A stretch of 64,000 nucleotides of DNA from a bacterium (GTDB taxonomy: Bacteria > Hinthialibacterota > Hinthialibacteria > Hinthialibacterales > Hinthialibacteraceae). The DNA lies in NCBI GenBank assembly GCA_041946805.1, contig JBHGBC010000007.1:7527-71526 (forward strand). The letters run 5' to 3'. A program made the position numbers and the translations under genes. Every line of letters begins with the position of its first letter. Positions within the stretch are counted from its first letter, which is position 1. This document shows, piece by piece, positions 10,682-19,924 of the stretch. Under the pieces are notes generated by a model. That model was not told where the DNA came from and did not search any database. It was given only the letters and a program-made list of their open reading frames with translations.

Positions 10682-10702
10682 ATGCAGGCAGGCTGCCTGC
10701 AT
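10682..10702. promoter_or_regulatory. perfect 21-bp palindrome ATGCAGGCAG-G-CTGCCTGCAT, candidate operator
   Basis: 10+1+10 perfect dyad, about 90 bp upstream of the 10793 membrane-protein gene. Lies just inside the inverted-repeat-flanked segment. Confidence 0.4.
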
Positions 10703-10792
10703 CACCAGGGCCTGGATCCCCGCTTGCGCGGGGATGACATTACATCAGGCAGCCATAACAAAACATAACACGAAAATGATGATGGATACCGA

Positions 10793-12445
10793 ATGAACAC
10801 CTCTCTTCTCTTGTTTTTTCGTTTGCCTTTCTGGCTCGGGCGCAACCGGGTGCGTTCGGCGGGATTCGAGGATGTACTCAAGCATGGCGTGTTGCTGTTG
10901 TTCGGCCTGGGCGTGGGCTGGGCCGAGTACGCCTTTTTCGAGCGGTTTTGGACCATCTTGGGAACCGTTCCCAATGGTTACGCCCTGTTGCTGCCCCGCT
11001 TCTTTTCCATCCTGGGGTCGTTTCTCTTCGCGTTTCTGGCCTATTCCAGCGTGCTGACCACGCTGGCCGCGTATTATCAATCCGAGGATCTTCCCTTTCT
11101 GTTGTCGTCTCCTCTGCGGTTGCCTTGGATTCTGTTGTACAAGTGGCTGGATGTGGCAGTGCGCAGCGGGGTGACGCTCGTGTTGCTCTCCTTGCCCCCC
11201 ATGATCGCCCTGGGCCTGGTTCTGAAACTCCCTATTTCATTTTACCTCGCTTACCTGGCGGCGGTGATGGCCTTTTCCGGCATCGCCGTCAGCCTGGGCG
11301 TATGGGTGGCCATGGTCATGGTGGCCGTTTTTCCCGTGAAACGGATGCACCAGACGGTGGCGTTTTTGGGATTGAGCCTGGCGGTGTTTTTGATCACCGT
11401 GTTGCGTTTTCTGCACCTCGAAACCTTGTGGAGCGATGCCGCCGCCAGCAATCCGTTGATCCTGTTCCTGCGGTACGAACCGGGCGGGTGGATCCGCTAC
11501 GCGCCCGGGCTGTTCTTCTCGCGCGCCATTCAACCGTTCGTTCTGGCGGAGGCGGGATCCGTCACCGGGTTGTTGCTGCTGTCCGCGCTCAGCGGAGTGG
11601 CAATCACCGGCACGGTGTGGCTTCCGAAGCGTTTATTTCTCCGGGGGTGGTGGAAAAACCAGGAGCAGGCCGATCCCGAGGTTCATCCCCGGGGCTGGAC
11701 ACGGAAAAGCGGCTCCCGTGTTCCTTCGAGGCCCCTGCGGGTGCTGATCAGGAAGGACTGGCTGATATTCAAGCGGGATCCATCGATTTGGACGCAGTTA
11801 TTCATGATGGTTCCGCTGGCCGCCTTGTATTTGTTGAATCTTTCGTTTCTGCCATTGCAGGGAGAGGTGCTGGCGCCGTTTTTCGCTTTGGCGGACGTGG
11901 GCATGATCGGCCTCATCATTGCGGCGGTGGGGGCGCGGTTTTTGTTTCCCGCGGCCAGCCGGGAAGGCCGGCCGGTCTGGATTCCCGCGGTATCGCCGGT
12001 ACCGCCGGGAACGATCATCTGGCAAAAAGTGATCTTTTTGATCCCGCCGGTGATGGTGTTGAGCGCGGTGATGCTGATTTTCTCCAGCCGGATTCTCCGG
12101 CTGCCCCCCGCCCTGGCCCGCTGGTGCTTCGGCTATGGGCTGCTCGTCTCGTTGCAGATCTGCCTGATGGCGGTGTTTTTGGGATTCTGTTTACCCTCGT
12201 ACAAATTCCGGCATGTGCTGGAAGTGTCATTGGGCAAGGGGGCGTTTTTGTTTATGATGCTGGCCTTGGCGCAAATCATGCTGCTGATGTATGGAGCCTG
12301 GAGCCGGTTGATGATCAGCCCCGAACCGGTTTTGCCGCTGTGGGACGGACGTTTTATGATCTGGCTGGCGGGGTGGAGCGGAGTGACCGCGTTTTGCTAT
12401 TGGGCCGGGCGGCGCAGATGGGCCGCCGCCGGAGAAGGGGAATAA
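10793..12445 (+). CDS. polytopic membrane protein (550 aa, ~12 TM; possible ABC-2-type exporter permease-like)
   Basis: Long hydrophobic protein with high GC3. No soluble domain recognised and no ATPase gene adjacent. Confidence 0.5.
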   Translation: MNTSLLLFFRLPFWLGRNRVRSAGFEDVLKHGVLLLFGLGVGWAEYAFFERFWTILGTVPNGYALLLPRFFSILGSFLFAFLAYSSVLTTLAAYYQSEDLPFLLSSPLRLPWILLYKWLDVAVRSGVTLVLLSLPPMIALGLVLKLPISFYLAYLAAVMAFSGIAVSLGVWVAMVMVAVFPVKRMHQTVAFLGLSLAVFLITVLRFLHLETLWSDAAASNPLILFLRYEPGGWIRYAPGLFFSRAIQPFVLAEAGSVTGLLLLSALSGVAITGTVWLPKRLFLRGWWKNQEQADPEVHPRGWTRKSGSRVPSRPLRVLIRKDWLIFKRDPSIWTQLFMMVPLAALYLLNLSFLPLQGEVLAPFFALADVGMIGLIIAAVGARFLFPAASREGRPVWIPAVSPVPPGTIIWQKVIFLIPPVMVLSAVMLIFSSRILRLPPALARWCFGYGLLVSLQICLMAVFLGFCLPSYKFRHVLEVSLGKGAFLFMMLALAQIMLLMYGAWSRLMISPEPVLPLWDGRFMIWLAGWSGVTAFCYWAGRRRWAAAGEGE

Positions 12446-12542
12446 AGGCTCTCCCGGTTTGAACTCCCGCGCCGGGTATAGTAGGATAACTCCGGCAATC
12501 CGACGGATTTTCCACGGCTAAAACAGGGAAAGGAGAAGGAGA

Positions 12543-13325
12543 ATGAAAACGGGTTTTGTATCAGGAGCCGTCATGTTGGCCATCGGAGCGATGTGGCTGA
12601 CTCCCGCCACGTTCGCGGAGGAGCCGGTCAAGGTGCTGTTCTTGACCAAGTCCTCCGGTTTTGAGCATTCGGTGGTGCAACGGGAAAAGGGCGAGCTGGG
12701 CTTCGCGGAAAAAGTCATGTTGGACCTCGCCAAGGACAACAACTTGTTGGTGGTGGTCACCAAGGACGCCGGCATGATCAACGAGAAGCAATTGGCCGCT
12801 TTCGACGTGGTGCTGTTCTACACCACCGGCGATTTGACCCAGCCCAGCAAGGACAACGGCACCCCCATGGGCGCGAAAGGCGTGGACGCGCTGGTGAACT
12901 GGGTGAAAAACGGCGGCGGATACGTGGGATCCCACACCGCGTCGGACACGTTCCATGAGAACCTTGAATACCGCAGACTGTCCGGCGGAGTCTTCAAAAC
13001 CCACGGTCAGCAGGAAACCGCCACGATGAAGGTGGTGGAGCATCCCATCACCAAGCATTTGGGGGATACGTTGACCCTTCAGGACGAGTTCTACATGTTC
13101 AAGGACACGACGAACACTTTCCAACCGTTGCTGATTCTGCAGACCAAGGGCATGAAGCAGGAAATGTACAACCAGGTGGAACCGTATCCCAACACGTGGA
13201 TCGAGGAATTGGGCCAGGGGCGGATCTTCAACTGCGCCCTGGGCCACCGCGAGGACGTCTGGACGAATCCCGGTTTTCAGAAGCTGCTCATCAATGGAAT
13301 CAAGTGGGCGGCGAAGAAATTGTAA
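12543..13325 (+). CDS. ThuA-like (trehalose-utilisation/GATase1-like) secreted protein
   Basis: Strong RBS AAAGGAGAAGGAGA. Signal peptide present. ThuA family blocks: VLFLTKSSGFEH, GGGYVGSHTASDTF, and GQGRIFNCALGHRED. Confidence 0.7.
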   Translation: MKTGFVSGAVMLAIGAMWLTPATFAEEPVKVLFLTKSSGFEHSVVQREKGELGFAEKVMLDLAKDNNLLVVVTKDAGMINEKQLAAFDVVLFYTTGDLTQPSKDNGTPMGAKGVDALVNWVKNGGGYVGSHTASDTFHENLEYRRLSGGVFKTHGQQETATMKVVEHPITKHLGDTLTLQDEFYMFKDTTNTFQPLLILQTKGMKQEMYNQVEPYPNTWIEELGQGRIFNCALGHREDVWTNPGFQKLLINGIKWAAKKL

Positions 13326-13444
13326 CGCCTCCACCTCCAGCACCAGATGATTCAAACAAACCGGGGCAGGGGGATGATCCTGCCCTGGTTTTTTCATTTT
13401 TTAGAGCAACTTTTTTTGCTACTGTTTACTGAATTGCAGCGAAG

Positions 13445-13585
13445 GGATGAATTTCGCCCTTTCAGGGCTTCCCTCACCCTGACCCTCTCCCAGAGGGAGA
13501 GGGAATCGTTTCGCGTTCCCATCAATACTCGTATCACGAATTAGTCATTATGAAAGTTCGGCATTCGGGTAAATAGTTACCTTTT
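13445..13585. repeat. right arm of inverted repeat pair (contains REP core at 13471-13503)
   Basis: Reverse complement matches 10505-10640. Together the two arms flank a 2.8-kb segment holding the 10793 and 12543 genes. Confidence 0.8.
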
Positions 13586-14068
13586 TATTAAACCACGCGG
13601 CCACCAGCGGTTCACGCGCCCGCAATATTCGATGTACGCCTCGCCGAAGGTCCGCCGCAAGGCCGGTTCTTCATAAAGAACGGTAAAGAGATGGCATCCG
13701 GTCACCAGCAGGAGCGCGTACACGAGAAGCGTGCCGGATTCAAAAAAGACGGATTCGCCCAGGATTACCAGGAACATCCCCCAATACATGGGATTCCGGA
13801 CATATTGATACGGGCCTTGCACCACCAGGTGCTTGGGAGGATCGATGGGCGCCGGAGTTCCCTGTCCATACATCACGAAATTCAGGGCGCACCAACCGGC
13901 CAACGCGGTTCCGGCTAGAAACACGGGTAGTCCCAGCCAACGCAGCGGTCCCAACTCCGCTTGGTATAGTTCGCGATGAGTTGAAATAAACCAATACGGA
14001 ATCCATCCGGCCACCGTTCCTGGGATCAATACCGCGAAACAGAGGGTTTTAAGCCATATCTTGGTCAT
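13577..14068 (-). CDS. isoprenylcysteine carboxyl methyltransferase (ICMT)/phospholipid methyltransferase family membrane protein
   Basis: Start MTKIWLK at 14068 gives an ATGA overlap with the upstream gene. Motif VVQGPYQYVRNPMYWGMFLVILGE matches the ICMT/PEMT signature. 4-5 TM segments. Confidence 0.7.
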   Translation of the reverse strand: MTKIWLKTLCFAVLIPGTVAGWIPYWFISTHRELYQAELGPLRWLGLPVFLAGTALAGWCALNFVMYGQGTPAPIDPPKHLVVQGPYQYVRNPMYWGMFLVILGESVFFESGTLLVYALLLVTGCHLFTVLYEEPALRRTFGEAYIEYCGRVNRWWPRGLIKR

Positions 14069-15480
14069 TGTTGCCCGTCCGGAGACACGCGCTTCAAATA
14101 CAGCACCGCGTCCGCTTTTGCGAAGGGTGATTTCAATTGGCGGGTTTCGCCACCGGAAATGGATTCTCCCTTCTCTGTAGTATCCTGTGACGGATTGAAC
14201 CATTCCACCGTGAACGATCCTTCCGCTGGCGTGAGATCCACGGTCACTTCGCCTTCCTCCGGCAGGTAGACCAGATATTCCCGGCCGGGATCGGCCAGGC
14301 AATACCGGCTGGAGGCCAGGTCATCCCGGGGCGTCATGTCCGCGAGGTTCATCCGTTCCGCGTAGCGGAGGGTATATCCCAGGGAGCGTCGGACGGGATC
14401 CCATTGCGGATCGAAGGGATTGCCCAAGGTCACGCCGTCATAGGGATCCATGAAGAGGGGATGGAGGCCGCGGGTGAAGCTCTTCCACACCCAGGCTTGA
14501 TGGCCGCCGATGCCCCAGAGGTGGTCGGTGTCGTTGAGGATGACTTTCCGGCCATCGTTGGCCGGAGGATCTTCCCGGTAACCGCCATCGGGATTGGGGG
14601 AGATCCAATCGGCGGGGCTGTCGAACAGAGACTGATTGCCGCCGCCCTTGTACTGGAACGTCATGCCCACGGGATGCTGCAGGGGCTTGGATTTCTCGTA
14701 CGCGTGAATCAGGCGGATCATGTGATATTGCCACGGCGTGGAAGGCGGGTGGTTCTCATTCGAGATTTCGTACAGCACGTTGTCCAGATCGTTTACCGTG
14801 TCGATCACGTGCTTGACGTAGGCTTCCTGAATGGCCGTGACCGCGGGGTTTTTCAGCGTGTGGATTTCCAAGCCCTGGCCGTCGCTGTTCAAGTCGCCGT
14901 TGATGCCGTTGATGTTGTTGTCTTGGTTGAAGGGATGGCCTTTCCAGGCGCCGGGGGCGAATTGCACTCCCCAGCCTTCGAACAGCATGATGGAGACATA
15001 AATCCCCCGGTCCCGCGCCGCCGCGGTCCGGGAGTGAAGCCGGTCGAAATAATCGGAATTCCAGCGCGCGAGGTCGAACTTGGGCTTGCCGTCCAAGGCG
15101 TTGCCCGGCCCGGTGCGCGCCCAGGGATGCGGCGCCGCGTGGTGCAAGGTAATCGGGGTATGCTGGCTGTTGGCTTCCGTGTTCCACCACACCAGTTCCC
15201 ACGTCCACATGCGCATGAAGTTGTGGTTGAGGTTTTTCATCCAATCGAGGTAAGCGATGTAATCGAAAGGTTTGGGGGGATCTTCCGGACCCATATCCAC
15301 CAGGTTGTACCAGACGTGCGAACCAGTGAGATACACCGCTTTCCCGCTGCCGTCGGTGAAATAGCGGGGATTTTTCTCCAATACCCGCAACGGGCCTTTG
15401 GCGGGATCTCCCGCGGCGGAAAGGACAAGGACGAGCAGGAAGGCGAAGGCAAAACCGGATTGCGGGATTTTAATCTTCAT
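14065..15480 (-). CDS. secreted clan GH-A glycoside hydrolase (GH5-like / DUF4038-type TIM barrel)
   Basis: Signal peptide MKIKIPQSGFAFAFLLVLVLSAAG. Catalytic-type motif LYEISNENHP (NE acid/base). TIM-barrel Trp-rich blocks. Confidence 0.6.
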   Translation of the reverse strand: MKIKIPQSGFAFAFLLVLVLSAAGDPAKGPLRVLEKNPRYFTDGSGKAVYLTGSHVWYNLVDMGPEDPPKPFDYIAYLDWMKNLNHNFMRMWTWELVWWNTEANSQHTPITLHHAAPHPWARTGPGNALDGKPKFDLARWNSDYFDRLHSRTAAARDRGIYVSIMLFEGWGVQFAPGAWKGHPFNQDNNINGINGDLNSDGQGLEIHTLKNPAVTAIQEAYVKHVIDTVNDLDNVLYEISNENHPPSTPWQYHMIRLIHAYEKSKPLQHPVGMTFQYKGGGNQSLFDSPADWISPNPDGGYREDPPANDGRKVILNDTDHLWGIGGHQAWVWKSFTRGLHPLFMDPYDGVTLGNPFDPQWDPVRRSLGYTLRYAERMNLADMTPRDDLASSRYCLADPGREYLVYLPEEGEVTVDLTPAEGSFTVEWFNPSQDTTEKGESISGGETRQLKSPFAKADAVLYLKRVSPDGQQ

Positions 15481-15644
15481 GAGGGCGCTCCTGAACGAGT
15501 CGCTTGGTTTCGGCGCAATGCAGGCGTTTACCGAATAACGGCCCTACTGTAGCACAGGGATTGTGGAGAAGGGCAAGGGGAAATGAGAGGCATGGTGTCA
15601 AAGTCAGGCGTTCCCTTGCCCCGGCCAACGGTTTTCCCCGGTTT

Positions 15645-16814
15645 TCAGATTTGATACTGGATATCCCGTTTGGGGGCGGGGGGGCAATCCGTGCCGAGGT
15701 TGTCGATCAGTTTTTGATAGAGGGCTTCATACTGAGTGGTGATGAGATCCACATTGAATTTGCGTTGGACCAGTTCCCGCCCGGCCGCGCCCATTTGGCG
15801 TTGCAGGCCGGGATTGGTCAGGATCTTGACCGCCGCTTCGGCGATGCCCTGAATGCATCCCACCGGATTCAGAAAACCGGTCACGCCGTCTTCCACCACT
15901 TCCACAACGCCTCCCGCGCGGGTGGCCACCACGGGCGTGCCGCACGACATGGCCTCGGCGATGGTCATCCCGAACGATTCGCGCTCGGAGGTGGAGATCA
16001 GCAGGTCGGAATCCTGCAGAATCTCCCCCACGCCGAGGCGGGGGCCCCAGAATTCGACCTTGTCCTGCAGCCCCAGCCGGTCCACCAGCATCTCCGCCTT
16101 GAGCCGTTCCGGCCCTTCGCCCACGAACACCAGCCGCGCGGGAACGGCCGAGACGATCAGGTCGAACACCTTGATCACGTCCTCGATGCGTTTGACGGGG
16201 CGGAAATTGCTGATGTGCACAAGGGTTTTTTTCCGCCGCGCCGGCCGGGGATCATTGGGTGGCGGGGAAAAATACTCGGTGTCAATCGGATTGTAGATGA
16301 CCTGAATATCCTCTTTGATGTCGAATTCCGCCAACGTGGCTTTTTTCAAGTAATGGCTGACCGCCGTGACCGCGTTACACGAGTCGATGCTGAATTCCAC
16401 CACCGGTTTGTAGGAGGGCATCTGGCCCACCAGTTCCGTGTCCGTGCCGTGCAGGGTGGCCACCACTTTCAAGGCGGCCTGGTATTGCTTGCAGAGCATC
16501 TGCTTGGCCAGGAAGGCGGAAGTGCAATGCGGGATGGCGTAATGCACGTGCAGGATGTCGAAGGGAGTTTCCTGGAAGATCTGGTAGATGCTCGAGGCCA
16601 GCGCCAGGGTGTAAGGAGGAAACTTGAACAGGGGATAGAGGGGGACATCGACGTGATGGAAATGAAACTGTTCAGTCGCTCCCTGAAGACGCCGGGGGAC
16701 GTCGTAGCTGATGAAGTGGACCTGGTGGCCCCGGCGCGCCAGCGATTTGCCCAGTTCGGTGGCGACGATTCCGCTGCCGCCCACGGAGGGATAGCATACT
16801 ATGCCGATTCGCAT
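15645..16814 (-). CDS. bshA: N-acetyl-alpha-D-glucosaminyl L-malate synthase BshA-like GT4 glycosyltransferase
   Basis: N-terminus MRIGIVCYPSVGGSGIVATELGKSLARRGHQVHFI is near-diagnostic for BshA. Also has the GT4 EX7E region (STSERESFGMTIAEAMSCGTPVVATRAGG). Confidence 0.65.
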   Translation of the reverse strand: MRIGIVCYPSVGGSGIVATELGKSLARRGHQVHFISYDVPRRLQGATEQFHFHHVDVPLYPLFKFPPYTLALASSIYQIFQETPFDILHVHYAIPHCTSAFLAKQMLCKQYQAALKVVATLHGTDTELVGQMPSYKPVVEFSIDSCNAVTAVSHYLKKATLAEFDIKEDIQVIYNPIDTEYFSPPPNDPRPARRKKTLVHISNFRPVKRIEDVIKVFDLIVSAVPARLVFVGEGPERLKAEMLVDRLGLQDKVEFWGPRLGVGEILQDSDLLISTSERESFGMTIAEAMSCGTPVVATRAGGVVEVVEDGVTGFLNPVGCIQGIAEAAVKILTNPGLQRQMGAAGRELVQRKFNVDLITTQYEALYQKLIDNLGTDCPPAPKRDIQYQI

Positions 16815-16924
16815 CGTGGTTTCCCCTTCTTTCGGGATTTTTCCGAGACGTGGTCCGCGTAGGTGATAAGGGTATTTCTGCTGGCTGGTTCAGGCGGGCC
16901 CCAAGGTCCGTCCCTGCCAAAATT

Positions 16925-16958
16925 CCCTCACCCTGGCCCTCTCCCCGAGGGAGAGGGG
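16925..16958. repeat. REP-like element copy (CCCTCACCCTGGCCCTCTCCCCGAGGGAGAGGGG)
   Basis: Intergenic, between maf and bshA. Confidence 0.85.
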
Positions 16959-17044
16959 ATTTTGGGTTGATCTCTCAAACCAGACTGTTAGAAGACCAGC
17001 CGAGCTATCTGGAAAATAAGTGCGCGCTTACCGGGTGAACTTAT

Positions 17045-19000
17045 TTATTCATGGGACATGGATTGAATGGATAATCGGGCCAGTTCGACGCATCGCGCGA
17101 AATGGTCCACGATGGTTTTCAATTCCGTGACAATGGATTCGTATTTCGGGATCATGACCTCCAGAAAGGCGTTGCCCGTGTTGTCCCGGGGATATTCGGC
17201 CCGCTGCCGGCGGTAGTAAAGGTGCTGGACCGAATTTCCCAAAAACGCGTCGAACAGCTCGTCGCCGCACATTTCCACCCACAGCGCCTCGAATTCCCGC
17301 CACCGGCTTTGCGCTTCCGCCCCGCTCACGGCCTGGTTCCGGACAAGGTGTTTCCACTGGTTGAGCATTGCCTGCAGCCGGTCACATATCCCCCTGGATA
17401 CCAGGAGGCGTTCATAACCTTGGCTCAGCCTGCCGGTCAGTTCGGTGACCTGAGCGGCGCGGCGCATCCCGCGGAACGTATCCAACCGTTCGGGGACACC
17501 GGGCGTTACGAGATATTTTCGCATCGCATCCCGCAGCGGCAAGCGGACCGTGCCTTCAAAGCGCGCGCCGCCCTCGGTCGCGTCGACGACCTCCACCCCG
17601 CATTCCGCCACGGTTTTTTCCAGGGCCTTGATGTAGAGCGAGAAGGGAACCGTGGTCGGCACTTCGTCTCCGTAATAGCCGGGGACGAGCATCATCTTGC
17701 CGGATTCGGCCGCGGCCTTGCCTTCTTTTCCGCCGATGACCACCGTCCCGTCCTCACGCATGGGTTCGATTTGGCGGGACAAGGCGGCCGAGGCGGCGTG
17801 GGTGGCGCCGCCGCTCCGGGGGAAGGCGAAGTCAAAACCCGCGAGCAGAATGGGCGCGCACCCCATGTGCAGGGCCAGGTTCAAGGCGAGATGGCCGACG
17901 TTCATGGCCCGTTTCATCACGCCGTATTCCGATTCGAGATCGAAGAGAAACCGCAGCAGGGGCGAATTCGAGTCAAACAAGGGCAGGAGATAGGGATGGC
18001 TGGAGTATTTCTGGGTGATCTGCCGGTAAACCTCGGGATGGAACGCCAGAAACGCGTGACCCAGGGAATCGATCTGTTCAAAATGGCTGAAATTCAGGGG
18101 CGTCGGATCGCCGGTGACCACCACATCCGGCGCGACGCCGATGGTTTTCATCGTGTTTTGGGCTGTATCGACGACAAACAGGGCCGCCCGGCCGTTCACC
18201 TCCCGCAGTTGGCGGACGTTCTTGTCCAGGGATGGCCCGGCGGCCGCCACGATGCCGGGAAAACCCCGCAGCAGGCCCGCGCAATCCTTCAAGGCGTACC
18301 CCCGCGCCAGGGATGGCAGGTTCATGAAGATATTGAACTGTCCCCGTCCCTGGTTTTCGATGTTGGTGCGCATGTTGACTTCATCGTAGGTCAGCATGTC
18401 GAGCAGCGCCTGCTGGGCCGCGGCGTAATAATCGGGGTCATAACGCAGGGAGGCGGGATGAGAGAGGATTTGACAGTTGTGGATCACCAGGTCGCGGCGG
18501 GCGTCTTCCAATATCCGGGACGGGAGGGAAGCCGGGACCGCGTCCACCAGAAACTGGGTTCCGGGCCGTTGGAACAGGCTCCGAAGGTCAAGGACCGACA
18601 GCGCCAGCCGGAGAACGCGCGGATCGCGTTCGATCACGACCAAAAAACGGATCCTCGTGACGTGAGCCTTCAACAGGGTCAACAAATGATATCCCAGTCC
18701 GGCGCCCAGGACCAGCACATTGGTGGGCCGTTCGAGGACGACGCTTTCCGCCCACCGCTGGGCTTCGCGCAAGGGATCGTAGGCGCTATGCAGCAAAACC
18801 GGCTTGTCACGTCCCGGCGGGAGGACGCGGAGCGTGGGAGCGCCGCTTTTGGCGTGCGTCAGTTCGGCCGGGAATCCATCCAGGGACGTGGTTTGGATGA
18901 GCCGCGCCAGTTCCGGGTGGGTTTGTTGGACCGCGGCGAGGTTGGCCTCCAGGATCGATGCTGACAAAACGCGCCTCCGGGGGATGGATGATGACGGCAT
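17045..19000 (-). CDS. maf: motility accessory factor (Maf, DUF115/MptE-like) putative flagellin glycosyltransferase
   Basis: Central DUF115-like blocks: IVAAAGPSLDKNV, GVAPDVVVTGDP, and LAGFDFAFPRSGGATHA. Lies directly downstream of motB in the flagellar operon. Start set at MPSSS (19000) to avoid a 95-nt overlap with motB; the start is uncertain. Confidence 0.55.
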   Translation of the reverse strand: MPSSSIPRRRVLSASILEANLAAVQQTHPELARLIQTTSLDGFPAELTHAKSGAPTLRVLPPGRDKPVLLHSAYDPLREAQRWAESVVLERPTNVLVLGAGLGYHLLTLLKAHVTRIRFLVVIERDPRVLRLALSVLDLRSLFQRPGTQFLVDAVPASLPSRILEDARRDLVIHNCQILSHPASLRYDPDYYAAAQQALLDMLTYDEVNMRTNIENQGRGQFNIFMNLPSLARGYALKDCAGLLRGFPGIVAAAGPSLDKNVRQLREVNGRAALFVVDTAQNTMKTIGVAPDVVVTGDPTPLNFSHFEQIDSLGHAFLAFHPEVYRQITQKYSSHPYLLPLFDSNSPLLRFLFDLESEYGVMKRAMNVGHLALNLALHMGCAPILLAGFDFAFPRSGGATHAASAALSRQIEPMREDGTVVIGGKEGKAAAESGKMMLVPGYYGDEVPTTVPFSLYIKALEKTVAECGVEVVDATEGGARFEGTVRLPLRDAMRKYLVTPGVPERLDTFRGMRRAAQVTELTGRLSQGYERLLVSRGICDRLQAMLNQWKHLVRNQAVSGAEAQSRWREFEALWVEMCGDELFDAFLGNSVQHLYYRRQRAEYPRDNTGNAFLEVMIPKYESIVTELKTIVDHFARCVELARLSIQSMSHE

Positions 19001-19043
19001 TGTACCGCCGGCCGGGCCGGGGGATAAGCGTCCACCGGCGGGA

Positions 19044-19910
19044 TCACCGGGACCTTCCGGATGGCCTGTTGCTCCGGTTTCCATTGGTGTTGCGGGGCAC
19101 GAAGTCTTTTTCATCCGGCGCGATCTTGGGATCACCATTTCCCGCCAGGATGCCCGTGAAGGTTTCGGACTGGCCGCCTTGCAAGAGCAAGATCTCCACC
19201 CGGCGGTTCAAGGCCCGGTGTTCCTCGGAATCGTTGGGAAAACGGGGCCGGTTGTCTCCACAGGACATGACGCTGAACCGGTCCTCCGGCACGCGGTTTT
19301 GGGGAGGCTCCAGCTGGACGCTCAGGTAGGTCATGGTTTCGAAAGCGCGCGCCTGCGCCAGCCGCCAACGGTCCTGGAAGGGGGAGTTGCCGGGCAGGGG
19401 CGTGTCATCGGCATGGCCTTCCACCCGTATGCGCAGATGGGGGAAATCGTTGAGGATACCGGCGAGGGTGTTCAAATACTGCTTGCCCTCCGGTGTGAGT
19501 AAAGCCACGCCCGGGTAGAACAGGATCCGGCCGGCCAGGGTGAAGCGGATGCCTTCTTTCACCCCTTCCACACGGACATCCTGGCTGTCTTGATCGGTCA
19601 CCAGCCGGGACCGGGCTTGTTCGACAATGGCTTCCTTGGCCTTTTCGATGGCCGGGTCCCGCTGGACCGGTTCGGCCCGCTGGGGATGGTTGGACGGAGC
19701 CCGGATATACGAGATCGTGAACAGGCCGGGAATGCGGCCCAGCGCGCCCTGGATGGAGCCGATGGCCTGATTGAATTTTTCCTGCTGCATGCTGCAAATC
19801 GAGAAGAGCAGGACAAAAAAGCAAAGCAGCAGCGACATCATGTCGGAGAAGGTGCACATCCATTCCGGCGCGCCGGCCGGTGGATCTTCTTCCTTGCGTC
19901 TGCGAGCCAT
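19044..19910 (-). CDS. motB: flagellar motor stator protein MotB (paralog 1), OmpA-like C-terminus
   Basis: N-terminus PEWMCTFSDMMSLLLCFFVLLF carries the TM segment with the conserved Asp. C-terminal OmpA-like block RIRVEGHADDTPL...NRRVEILL. Confidence 0.85.
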   Translation of the reverse strand: MARRRKEEDPPAGAPEWMCTFSDMMSLLLCFFVLLFSICSMQQEKFNQAIGSIQGALGRIPGLFTISYIRAPSNHPQRAEPVQRDPAIEKAKEAIVEQARSRLVTDQDSQDVRVEGVKEGIRFTLAGRILFYPGVALLTPEGKQYLNTLAGILNDFPHLRIRVEGHADDTPLPGNSPFQDRWRLAQARAFETMTYLSVQLEPPQNRVPEDRFSVMSCGDNRPRFPNDSEEHRALNRRVEILLLQGGQSETFTGILAGNGDPKIAPDEKDFVPRNTNGNRSNRPSGRSR

Positions 19911-19924
19911 GAGTCGAAACCTCC

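Noticed and set aside
16850-17038. Short ORFs translating REP elements into SPWPSPRGRGDFG / PLPLGEGQGEG-type peptides (also at 8596-8874, 33000-33236, 51140-51337, 60409-60664)
   Set aside because: They arise only because the palindromic REP core is open in several frames. They have no RBS, no conservation of frame between copies, and occur in both orientations.
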